Position numbers and translations under genes: made by a program
In this document: one piece after another, positions 9,428 through 17,580 of the stretch
Numbering within the stretch: position 1 is the first letter of the stretch
Layout: every line of letters begins with the position of its first letter
The notes under the pieces: generated by a model
Seen by the model: the letters and a program-made list of their open reading frames with translations, nothing else
Told to the model about the DNA's origin: nothing
Databases searched by the model: none
Origin: Hyalangium minutum
Lineage (GTDB): Bacteria > Myxococcota > Myxococcia > Myxococcales > Myxococcaceae
Direction of reading: 5' to 3'
NCBI RefSeq assembly: GCF_000737315.1
Contig: NZ_JMCB01000012.1
Span: 1 to 64,000 of the forward strand
Length of the DNA: 64,000 nt

Positions 9428-11032
9428 TCAGGTCCCGAGGATGAAGTCGTTCGGGGTGAAGAGGAGGGTCTGGTTGGGCTCCTTGCCCTTCTCCTCGGAG
9501 TAGCGGAGGGACTCGATGAAGAGCGAGCCCACGCCGGCGCCCCGCGGATCATTGGCCCGGCCCACCTGCATATAGAGGTAGATGTCGTTGGTGCCCCGCG
9601 GAATGCTCACACCCGGGAAGAGCGGGTGGGGCCGCTCCAGGGTGGGCAACACGGTGATGTTCTCCGCGCGCACCTTGTAGCAGGCGCGCCCATCCGGAGT
9701 GGGCTCGATGGGCTCGAACGAGTAGCCGTAGCCGCGCTCGGCCTGGAAGGCCAGATCCGCGCTGAGCGGATCTCCTCGGATGATGGCCTCCTGGATGTTG
9801 GGGACGCCGTCGCGATCGGTGTCCAGCAGGTCCTCGGGGACGAGCGGGTTGGTGCGGCCGAAAGCCTCCACGAGATCTGGCAGCCCGTCCGCGTCCGAGT
9901 CGCCCATGCACGGGTCGGTGCCCAGCACGCGCTCCTCGCAGGTGTTGAGCCGGTCGCCATCCTCGTCCAGGGAGACATTGCACCCGTTGATGATGTCCAG
10001 GTTGCCCGGCTGAGGCTTGAGGCCCATGCGCAGCTCGATGCCGTCCATGAGCCCATCGCCGTCCGTGTCCGGCTGACGCGGATCCAGGCCCAGGGCGACC
10101 TCGTCGTCATCGGACACGCCGTCGGCGTCGCTGTCGGCGGAGATGATGCCGTCGCGCACCTGGACGTTGCGGTTGAAGGCGACGAAGCGCTTGAGCACGA
10201 GCGACGTCTGCAGCGAGGCGTAGTTGAGGGTGCCCAGCACGTCGCGCAGGCCCTGCGGGTCGGTCTCGATGGCCTCGGTGCCTCCGGCGTTGGCGATGGC
10301 AGCCACCTGATCGCGGGTGACGGGGTCGGCCACGTCGCGCACGTAGACGGGCTGCACCACCACCTCGCCGGCGCCGAACGACTGGACGAGGTTCTTCACC
10401 TCGCCGGTGACGGCCGTCAGCTCGCACACGCTGCAGGCCGCCGCGCCGGAGACGGGGGTGAGCGCGGAGCAGCGCGCGTCAATGCCCACGTTGAAGGCGG
10501 GGTTGTCGCAGCTGAGGTCCGCCTGGGTGATGACGAGCACGATGACGTAGCGGCTGCGGCCTACGGCGCCCCGGCAGGCCGTCTGCATGTCGCCGGAGAG
10601 GATGCTCTTGGAGAGGCGGAGCGCGGAGCGGATGCTCATGGGCCCCGACTCCTGGTAGCTGGCGTACCGGGGCAGCGCGGCCTGGAAGGTGGCGGCGTCC
10701 GCGAAGCTGCCCTGGAGGCCGGTGGCCACGGTGTGGAAGGCCACCAGGGAGAACTTGATGAAGGGGCCGGAGAAGCGGCTGCTGAGGGTGCCGAGCGCGT
10801 CGGTGGTGTAGCCCACCACCTCGCTCGGCACGCCCTGCCCTCCCGAGAGCGCGAAGACGACCTTCACGGGGAAGGCGTCACCGGTGGCCAGAGGGATGCA
10901 GACCTCGCCGGAGAAGTCCGCCCGGTCCTTGCCGCTGGGGCCCCGCCCATCCAATGCGTAGAGGCCCGCGTCAGAGCACGACACGAGCAGGAGCGAGACG
11001 AGGAGCCAGATCAGGTGAGAGGGGGAGCGCAT
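9428..11032 (-). CDS. mtsB: VWA-like lipoprotein with DxDGDG repeats, MtsB-like
   Basis: Lipobox LLVS-C; FPVKVVF lead-in as in mtsD; DADGVSD/DTDGDG repeats; MIDAS degenerate. Confidence 0.7.
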   Translation of the reverse strand: MRSPSHLIWLLVSLLLVSCSDAGLYALDGRGPSGKDRADFSGEVCIPLATGDAFPVKVVFALSGGQGVPSEVVGYTTDALGTLSSRFSGPFIKFSLVAFHTVATGLQGSFADAATFQAALPRYASYQESGPMSIRSALRLSKSILSGDMQTACRGAVGRSRYVIVLVITQADLSCDNPAFNVGIDARCSALTPVSGAAACSVCELTAVTGEVKNLVQSFGAGEVVVQPVYVRDVADPVTRDQVAAIANAGGTEAIETDPQGLRDVLGTLNYASLQTSLVLKRFVAFNRNVQVRDGIISADSDADGVSDDDEVALGLDPRQPDTDGDGLMDGIELRMGLKPQPGNLDIINGCNVSLDEDGDRLNTCEERVLGTDPCMGDSDADGLPDLVEAFGRTNPLVPEDLLDTDRDGVPNIQEAIIRGDPLSADLAFQAERGYGYSFEPIEPTPDGRACYKVRAENITVLPTLERPHPLFPGVSIPRGTNDIYLYMQVGRANDPRGAGVGSLFIESLRYSEEKGKEPNQTLLFTPNDFILGT

Positions 11033-11179
11033 CAACCCCCCATTGTAGAGCCCAGGCCCCGGGAGAGTTTCAAGCGCCTGCGCGGAGATCCGAGCGGATC
11101 CACGCTGGGGGTTCCGCTTCAGAGGAATCTTCCACCATACTCACGTCCGGGCTCTGTCCCCACCGAAAGGCACTTTCCG

Positions 11180-12790
11180 ATGCGCCCTGCCGTGCTCCGC
11201 TCTCCTCTCGCTCGCTTCGCAGGGACCTGGCTCCTGCTGGGCAGCCTCTCCGCCTCTGCCCAGCCGAAGGCCACCGAGGCGAAGGCCACCGAGGCGAAGG
11301 CCACCGAGCCCGGCACGCAGGTTCCCTCCTGGGCCTATCTCTTCGTGGCGACCGGGCCGATGGAGCGCGTGGAGGCAGCCTTCGCGGAGATGCGCATGCC
11401 GCTGCCCCAGGTGCTGAGCCGCGAGCACCTTGAGGAGGCTTTCCCCTTCATCGGCCCGGGAGGCATTCGCCCGGGAGGCTCGGTGGGCATGTTGATGGGC
11501 GCAGGGGATCCGGGCTCGACCGAGCCCTCTGGCATCCTTCTCTTCCCCGTCACGAAGGACGCCGCGCCGCTGAAGGGCTTCTCGGAGCTAGGAGGCCGGG
11601 TGCTCCCTGATGCGAGCGACACCGTCAAGATCAAGGGCACGTACTTCCGCCGCACGAAGGGCTTCCTGCTCACGGGCCCCAAGGGCGAGTACATCACCGA
11701 CGCGGATCCGCTGGGCTTGGAGGAGAACCTCACGGGCCCCGGCACGCTCGCTTCGGTGGACGTCGACCTGGAGCGCTGGCGGAAGACGGATCCCACCACT
11801 TTCTATCCGCTTCTCTCGGACAAGGAGCCCACCCCGGGCGACGAGGCCCGGCATGTCTACGCGCTCGGGCGGAGCCTGGGGACGCGCGTCTACGAGCGGC
11901 TGCTGAACCGCGTGCGCCTCTCGGTGCTGGACAACGGCACCTCGCTGCGCCTGCGCATGGGACTGGAGCCGCTCGCGCCGGGGGAGATCGCTCCGCTGCC
12001 CCGGCCCTCGTTCCCGGCCAGCATCATCGGCCGGCTCGACATCGCCTACTCCACTCCGGAGTCCTCGCAGTGGTTGCAGAGCATCACCGAGGAGTTCATG
12101 AACGCGGCGGAGAAGGATGGCCTGTTCGCCGAGGCGGAGAAGGCCAAGCTCAACGTGGAGCAAACGCGCTCGTTGATCAAGGAGGTGCTCGAGACCTTCT
12201 GTATCGCCGACGCCATCTCCCTTGCGGTGGAGCCGGTAAAGGGGGGCAAGCTCGTCTACCACCAGGTGAACCAGTACCGGGCGGCGGCGAACTTCACGGC
12301 CCGGCTGAGTGGCCTCCTCGAGAAGATCCACGAGCTCGACCGGCAGGGTGGCGGCCGCGGGTCGAGCATCGGGCTGACGACCTATAGTGCCGGTGGCGCA
12401 CGCATCAGCCGATTGACCTTCCCGGGCAAGAAGAGCCTCACGGTCGACTTCGTGGACTCGGGCACCACAGTGCGCCTCGTGGCCTCGGGAGATACCCAGC
12501 GCCGCGTGCCCGGGCTCCTCAAGCTCCCAGCCAGCGGGACGCTCACCTCGGGCTTCTCGGGCTCGTTCGATCCAAGCGCGGCCGTGGATGCGTACGTGGC
12601 CTCTGGGGGGAGCATGCCTTTGCCGCTGCGCACGCGCGTGGGGGTGCGAGGGCAGCAGGTCACCTGGACGACCCGCGCCGAGGGCGCCGCCGCGGTGGTG
12701 GACCTGGACATCCCCAAGCCGCTTGCTCAGGCCATCGTGCAGTTGGTGGGGAGCCGCGCCGTGGACCTGGAGGCCTCGGACCAGCCGTAG
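11180..12790 (+). CDS. hypothetical secreted protein (536 aa)
   Basis: Real start ATG 11180 (AAAGG upstream) inside the inflated 9338..12790 ORF; signal peptide MRPAVLRS...SASA-Q; no recognised domain. Confidence 0.75.
   Translation: MRPAVLRSPLARFAGTWLLLGSLSASAQPKATEAKATEAKATEPGTQVPSWAYLFVATGPMERVEAAFAEMRMPLPQVLSREHLEEAFPFIGPGGIRPGGSVGMLMGAGDPGSTEPSGILLFPVTKDAAPLKGFSELGGRVLPDASDTVKIKGTYFRRTKGFLLTGPKGEYITDADPLGLEENLTGPGTLASVDVDLERWRKTDPTTFYPLLSDKEPTPGDEARHVYALGRSLGTRVYERLLNRVRLSVLDNGTSLRLRMGLEPLAPGEIAPLPRPSFPASIIGRLDIAYSTPESSQWLQSITEEFMNAAEKDGLFAEAEKAKLNVEQTRSLIKEVLETFCIADAISLAVEPVKGGKLVYHQVNQYRAAANFTARLSGLLEKIHELDRQGGGRGSSIGLTTYSAGGARISRLTFPGKKSLTVDFVDSGTTVRLVASGDTQRRVPGLLKLPASGTLTSGFSGSFDPSAAVDAYVASGGSMPLPLRTRVGVRGQQVTWTTRAEGAAAVVDLDIPKPLAQAIVQLVGSRAVDLEASDQP
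11266..11308 (+). repeat. 15-bp tandem repeat x3 (KATEA)
   Basis: GAAGGCCACCGAGGC repeated at 11266, 11281 and 11296 (third copy partial). Confidence 0.9.
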
Positions 12791-12809
12791 TAGCGGACCG
12801 GCAGCACCG

Positions 12810-12846
12810 GATCCGGGAGAGGCCCGCCTGCGGCCACTCCCGGATC
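12810..12846. terminator. hairpin between convergent genes (likely bidirectional terminator)
   Basis: GATCCGGGAG (12810-12819) / CTCCCGGATC (12837-12846) perfect inverted repeat between stops at 12790 and 12860. Confidence 0.65.
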
Positions 12847-12859
12847 GCGGCGGACCGAA

Positions 12860-13075
12860 CTAGCCGATGTTCCGGATGACCGACATCCGGGTCTCGTGCA
12901 TCTGCTTCATGAGGTTGGTGATGAGCGTGACCAACTCACTCTCCTTCTGCATCTGCATCTGAGCCTTGAGTTTATCCTGCTGGTCCGGTGGCACGCCCTC
13001 CAGCTTCGCCTGATCATCTGCGGTCCACGCCTTTGCGTTCCTGGCAGCAGAAGAAATCACCGAATTGATGTCCAT
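12860..13075 (-). CDS. 71-aa helical-hairpin protein resembling T3SS needle/pilin subunits (SctF/EscF/YscF-like C-terminus)
   Basis: ATG 13075 with GGAGA RBS; MDINSVISSAARNAKAWTADDQAKLEGVPPDQQDKLKAQMQMQKESELVTLITNLMKQMHETRMSVIRNIG; helix-PP-helix with terminal N..K..HE...S(V/I)I.N motif. Confidence 0.6.
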   Translation of the reverse strand: MDINSVISSAARNAKAWTADDQAKLEGVPPDQQDKLKAQMQMQKESELVTLITNLMKQMHETRMSVIRNIG

Positions 13076-13099
13076 GCGTCTCTCCGTGGTGGGAAGTAC

Positions 13100-13148
13100 A
13101 AAGCCCCCGGAGTCTCTGGCCCAACGGGTCAGCACTCGCGGGGGCTTT
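13100..13148 (-). promoter_or_regulatory. long stem-loop 25 nt upstream of the needle-like gene
   Basis: AAAGCCCCCG (13100-13109) / CGGGGGCTTT (13139-13148), inner GAGT/ACTC and TGGCCC/GGGTCA pairings. Confidence 0.7.
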
Positions 13149-13180
13149 CAACTGATACGGAAGAACCGCAGTGAAATCGT

Positions 13181-13196
13181 TACCACTTGCGGCGTA
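13181..13196 (-). promoter_or_regulatory. copy 1 of 16-bp upstream motif (TACGCCGCAAGTGGTA)
   Basis: 105 nt upstream of ATG 13075; matches five other copies in the insertion. Confidence 0.5.
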
Positions 13197-13259
13197 TGAG
13201 TGGAGCCACGTCAACGCCAGACATGAAAGCCAGACATGGCCTCCATCGGCGCGCGTGTC

Positions 13260-13685
13260 TCACTCGCCCGCGCGCTTCTCGGGGGCTGCAGGCTGCGCGG
13301 AGGCAGCCCGGGTCTTCTCCAGCATGTAGCTCAGGCCCATGCTCTGCACGCGGTCATGCAGATAGTTCATGCACTCGGTGAGCAGCGGAGGCGGCGGGTT
13401 GAGGGCGTTCGGCTCCTGGGTGTAGCGCTGAAGCGCCCGATTAAAGTCCTCGGAGAGGCTCGCCTTGAAGGGCATCTCCGGCTGCATGGCCAGGAACACC
13501 TCGCGTACCGAGCTCAGCAGCTGCTGCAGCGGCCCCGTGGCGGAGGCGGCCTGAGATGTCAGCTCGGCGATCAGCCGCTGGCGCCGCTCGATCAGCTCGG
13601 GCGGCTCGGGCTTGAGGGCCATCAGCAGCGTCTTGACCTCTTGGGGCAGGTTGGCGGGAATGTCTTCGGGCTTGAACATGTACAT
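13260..13685 (-). CDS. hypothetical protein, paralogue of 15006..15470
   Basis: Near-ungapped alignment by eye: P.EVK..L..LKPEP, GPL, PF, F..AL.RY, PPP..L..C, VQ..GL. Confidence 0.85.
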   Translation of the reverse strand: MYMFKPEDIPANLPQEVKTLLMALKPEPPELIERRQRLIAELTSQAASATGPLQQLLSSVREVFLAMQPEMPFKASLSEDFNRALQRYTQEPNALNPPPPLLTECMNYLHDRVQSMGLSYMLEKTRAASAQPAAPEKRAGE

Positions 13686-13697
13686 GGTGGTATCTCC

Positions 13698-14984
13698 TCA
13701 GGCGAGTCCAAAGCCAAACATCTGCATCTGCCGCATCACCTCGAGCATCTGGAAGAACTGCCACGTCTGCTGCATGGCGGGCAGGGAGGCGGGCGTGGCC
13801 GGAGCGGGCGGAGGGCTGGCCGGAGCCTGCTGCGTCTGGCCCGGCGGACGGTAGCCATACGACGAGCTCATGTCGCCCGGCTTGTAGTTCGTGTTGAGCT
13901 GGCTGATGCCGTGCTTCTCCAGTTCCACCAGCTCGCCCTGCTGGGTGATGCCGTCGCCGTTGCGATCCTCCCAGATCTTCAGGCCCTTGAGCTCCTCGCC
14001 CTGCACCTTGCCGTCGCCATCCTTGTCGAAGTAGTGGGACAGCTTCTCGTAGCCGTTCTTGAACGTCTCCTTCCCGTTCAGATCGACGTGGCCGAACAGC
14101 TCCTTGCCGCTGGTGATCTTCCCATCCCCGTCCGTGTCCCAAACGAGCATGCCGTCGCCGCCCGTCTTCGGGTCCCAGGCCTTGGTCCACTCGTTCTCGT
14201 TCTTGTTGCCCCAGAAATACAGGAACTTGTTTTTGTTCGTGCCGTCCTGCTTGAGCTCGCTCACCAGCCGGCCATTGGCATCCCGGAACTCGGCACGCAT
14301 GCCATTGCTGAGCCCCAGTCCCATGTCCCCTCCATCCGCGTTCCAGCCCTTGCTGTTCTTCTTCTGCAGGGCCTGCAACTGTTCGGCGGTGAGTGTCTTC
14401 ACCAGCTTGCCGTTCTTGTCGAACACCTGGGCCTTCACTCCGGCGGGCAGTTCAGGCGCGCCGCCCCCTTTGGCCGGGCGTCGCATGAGGCTCTTGGTCT
14501 CCCACTGGCGATTCTGGGGATCCAGGTCGAAGCCCTTGACCGTCTTGCCCTCCAGCTTGCCGTTGCCCTTGATGTTGCTGCCGGTGATATCAGGCCGCCC
14601 GTTGCCGTTGAGGTCCAGGACGATGGGGGATTTCTGAGTCGTCTTCGTGCCGGACTTTGCATCGAAGAACACGTCCCACATCTTCCCCTTCTCCAAAGGC
14701 GAAGGCTGCGGGCAAGCCGGAGGCTGCGGCACGCAGTTCTGCCCCCACCCCGTCCCGCACATGCTCCCGAAGTTCTGGAGCAGGGAGATGGAGGAGAAGA
14801 GGCTGCCCAGCGTGTTGAGCGGGGCGCTCTGCGGATGGCAGCCGCAGGCATGGTTCAGGCTGTTGAGCGTCGAGGAGGAGAAGAACATGCCGCTGAAGGA
14901 GAAGCTGGCAAAGCCCATCCCTCGCATCGCCGACGAGCCTGAAGCGGTGGGAAACATCGGAAAGGAATTGGGTGCGATATTCAT
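13698..14984 (-). CDS. EF-hand-like Ca-binding protein without signal peptide; S/M/F/Q-rich termini
   Basis: SPIVLDLNGNG ... DGMLVWDTDGDGKITSGKELFG ... NGYEKL...DKDGDG...LKIWEDRNGDGITQQGEL, the Ca-binding block often seen in RTX-type exoproteins. Confidence 0.8.
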   Translation of the reverse strand: MNIAPNSFPMFPTASGSSAMRGMGFASFSFSGMFFSSSTLNSLNHACGCHPQSAPLNTLGSLFSSISLLQNFGSMCGTGWGQNCVPQPPACPQPSPLEKGKMWDVFFDAKSGTKTTQKSPIVLDLNGNGRPDITGSNIKGNGKLEGKTVKGFDLDPQNRQWETKSLMRRPAKGGGAPELPAGVKAQVFDKNGKLVKTLTAEQLQALQKKNSKGWNADGGDMGLGLSNGMRAEFRDANGRLVSELKQDGTNKNKFLYFWGNKNENEWTKAWDPKTGGDGMLVWDTDGDGKITSGKELFGHVDLNGKETFKNGYEKLSHYFDKDGDGKVQGEELKGLKIWEDRNGDGITQQGELVELEKHGISQLNTNYKPGDMSSSYGYRPPGQTQQAPASPPPAPATPASLPAMQQTWQFFQMLEVMRQMQMFGFGLA

Positions 14985-15005
14985 GAACGAGCGCCTTTCT
15001 CCGGG

Positions 15006-15470
15006 TCATCCCCGGGTGTTGCTGAGCCGGATACGAGTCTGCAGGTCCTGCTGTTGACGGGTTTCCTTCGGGGGGGCGGCGGGCTCGGAGGAGACCTCAT
15101 CCACGGCCTCCAGCAGCCCACCCAGGCCTCGGGCCTGCACGAGCTCGCGCAGGAAGATGAGGCAGTCGAGCAGCACCTCGGGCGGCGGCTGGGAAGCGGA
15201 GGGATCCTTCCGGTAGCGCTCGAGCGCTGCGGTGAACTCCCGGGCGAAGTGGGGCTGGAAAGGCGCCCCCGGCCTCGTGGATTGCAGCACCCTCCGCATG
15301 CACTCCAGCACCTCCCGGAGTGGCCCCGCCGAGGTCTGCACGTGCGCATCGAGCCCGGAGAGCAGCTGCTCGCGCACCTCGGCGGCGGCCTCGGGCTCTG
15401 GCTTGAGGTGGGCCAGAACGCGCTTCACCTCGTCTGGCACGCCTGCAAGGTCATCCTTGAGATCAGACAT
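15006..15470 (-). CDS. hypothetical protein, paralogue of 13260..13685
   Basis: Same shared motifs; tightly spaced in the operon (15 nt after the TPR gene). Confidence 0.85.
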   Translation of the reverse strand: MSDLKDDLAGVPDEVKRVLAHLKPEPEAAAEVREQLLSGLDAHVQTSAGPLREVLECMRRVLQSTRPGAPFQPHFAREFTAALERYRKDPSASQPPPEVLLDCLIFLRELVQARGLGGLLEAVDEVSSEPAAPPKETRQQQDLQTRIRLSNTRG

Positions 15471-15485
15471 GGCTGCACATGGCTC

Positions 15486-16031
15486 CTACTTGGCGGGGGA
15501 CTGCTGGGGCTCTTGGAGCTTCTGGACGATGGTGCTCAGCGCGATCGCCATGCCTCTGGCGCGTTGGCTGAAGCCCTGCTCGCCTTTCGGATCCAGCTCG
15601 GCGATGCGCTGGAGATCCCTCGCGGCCTCTTCGATCTTGCCCTCCTGCAGCAGCACCTCGGCGCGGTTGCACAGGGCTGCGAGGTCCCGCTCGTTGAGGG
15701 CCAGGGCGCGATCGTACTCTTCGCACGCGCGCCCCAGCTCCCCGCGGCGCTGATAGACAGAGCCCAGACCGGTGTGAAAACTGGCCTCATTAGGCGCGAG
15801 CGTGGTGAGGCCCTCGAAGATCTGCTGGGCGGCCTCAAGCTTGCCGGACTCGTAGAGGTGGCGGCCCTGCGAGGCGAGGCCGTAGAGTTCCTCATGGGTG
15901 AGCTCGTAGAGATCGGCAAGCATGAGATCTCCCTGAAGGAAGGCACGCATGCGCGCATTCAGTTCCGCGGAGGGCTCTGGAGGAGGTGGAGAGGCTGCGG
16001 GCTGACTGGGCGCGGGGGCCTTCTGGCTCAT
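15486..16031 (-). CDS. SycD/LcrH-like TPR chaperone (T3SS class II type)
   Basis: LTHEELYGLASQGRHLYESGKLEAAQQIFEGLTTLAPNEASFHTGLGSVYQ...A..EY..A; three TPRs, 181 aa, no signal peptide. Confidence 0.75.
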   Translation of the reverse strand: MSQKAPAPSQPAASPPPPEPSAELNARMRAFLQGDLMLADLYELTHEELYGLASQGRHLYESGKLEAAQQIFEGLTTLAPNEASFHTGLGSVYQRRGELGRACEEYDRALALNERDLAALCNRAEVLLQEGKIEEAARDLQRIAELDPKGEQGFSQRARGMAIALSTIVQKLQEPQQSPAK

Positions 16032-16060
16032 GGCAAGCTCCGAGATGAAGAGGAGGGGGA

Positions 16061-17407
16061 TCAGCCGCCGATCGGCCGGCTCCAGCGCATCTGCATCGCG
16101 TTGAGCTGCAGATCACGCAGGCTCATGTAGCGCTGGATCATCTGGTTGACCGACGCGAGCATGCGCTGGAGGGTGGACTGGAAGCCGCCGTTCAGACCCA
16201 CGCCGCACATGGCCGCGCCGCCCATGGGGCCGCAGAACGGGCTGCGAATGCCACCCATGTTGCTCAGCTGCGTCATCATGGGCAGGTAGGGCCGAGGCTG
16301 GCAGGCGGAGAACATGTTCTGGCATTGCTGCCAGTGATTGGACGTGGCTGCGTACTGGGACTGGAAGAGCGAGGCGGTGATGCCCACCATCTGGGTGGCA
16401 TACACGTTCCACGGCACCTGGATGGGGCGGCGGCCGAGCTGGCTGTTCTGGATGGCATTGCCGAGCTGATACGCCAGCGTCTTGTCATCCTTGCCCTTGC
16501 CGGCGCCGCTGAGCACCTCGCGGCCCCCTTGGCTCCAGGCGATTCCATCACCCGCGAGCTGGAACGACTGGCCATCCGCGTTAGTGGCATCGTGGGCGTA
16601 GCCGTTCTTCTGCACGTCCGAGAAGGTGGTGGTGAACTTCTGACGCGCCTCCTGCTGCTCCGTGACCCGGGCGGTCACCTGGCGTTGCTCGACCGTGCCC
16701 AGGTTCCTCCAAGGCGTCGCCGACAGTTGCTGCGAGCTGCTGCTCACCGTCTGCCACTCGGCGCTGGTGAGCTGGCTGTCGACGGACACGTGCTTGTTGC
16801 CGTTGTAGATGTCCACCTGGTTGATGTGGAGGTCCTTGCTGTCCCCCTTCTCTTGGATGGTGATCTTCGTACCGTCTGGCAGGTTGAAGGTGCCGGTGCC
16901 CTGGTAGCGCCACACGTCGCCATCCGACTCGCGCACTGCGGGATCCCTCGGGAGTTGGCGGCTCTCGGTGGTGACATTGTCGGAGGTGACAGTGCGGGTG
17001 GGCGGCTCGGCCTTGAGGTCCGTCCACTTGCCGTCCGGGTTTTGGATGCGAACCTTGCCGTCCGCGACGCTGACCTTGTAGCCACCGGGCGTGGTGACCG
17101 TACCCGCCTGCTTGTCCAGGTCGAGCTGCCCGGAGTTCTCGAAGTCCGGCATCGCGGCGTAGCCCACGACATTCGTCATCGAGAGCTGGGCTCCCATGGC
17201 GCCGTAGGCTTGGAAGCACCGGTTCAGCGAGTCCATCCCCCCGAAGCCCGCCTGCTGACTCCCCAGCAGGGACTGCACTTGGGATGACCACGAGAACATG
17301 GTCGAGAACTGCTCAAACGACTGCTGCAGCGACTGGGCTCCGCCTTGGGTGGGGAAAGACAGGCGAGAGGGAGGGACAAAGCCACCGTTCTGTAGGGGGA
17401 AGGTCAT
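16061..17407 (-). CDS. DUF1521/MIIA-domain protein, divergent copy (RDPA in place of GDPH)
   Basis: ATG 17407 with AAGGA RBS; VTTPGGYKV...PDGK...RDPAVRESDGDVW...TF.LPDGTKITI aligns with 20811..21956. Confidence 0.75.
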   Translation of the reverse strand: MTFPLQNGGFVPPSRLSFPTQGGAQSLQQSFEQFSTMFSWSSQVQSLLGSQQAGFGGMDSLNRCFQAYGAMGAQLSMTNVVGYAAMPDFENSGQLDLDKQAGTVTTPGGYKVSVADGKVRIQNPDGKWTDLKAEPPTRTVTSDNVTTESRQLPRDPAVRESDGDVWRYQGTGTFNLPDGTKITIQEKGDSKDLHINQVDIYNGNKHVSVDSQLTSAEWQTVSSSSQQLSATPWRNLGTVEQRQVTARVTEQQEARQKFTTTFSDVQKNGYAHDATNADGQSFQLAGDGIAWSQGGREVLSGAGKGKDDKTLAYQLGNAIQNSQLGRRPIQVPWNVYATQMVGITASLFQSQYAATSNHWQQCQNMFSACQPRPYLPMMTQLSNMGGIRSPFCGPMGGAAMCGVGLNGGFQSTLQRMLASVNQMIQRYMSLRDLQLNAMQMRWSRPIGG

Positions 17408-17535
17408 GGACGTGAATCCTTTTCTTGTGCCTCCTGGGAGAGACAGGCGGCACACGCGTGGATGGAACCTCGAGGAGAGCAAGCCCGGAGTCTGGAGAGG
17501 GATTGAGAACTACAGGAGACAGGCGGCGTGGGCTG

Positions 17536-17551
17536 TACCACTTCAGGCGGA
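17536..17551 (-). promoter_or_regulatory. copy 2 of 16-bp motif (TCCGCCTGAAGTGGTA-CAG)
   Basis: 128 nt upstream of ATG 17407. Confidence 0.5.
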
Positions 17552-17580
17552 TGAGATTGGCTGTGCCCCAGGGCGGCTGG

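Noticed and set aside
9338-11179. N-terminal 614 aa of the 1150-aa plus-strand ORF 9338..12790
   Set aside because: Antisense shadow of mtsB in high-GC DNA; the real gene begins at ATG 11180 with RBS and signal peptide.
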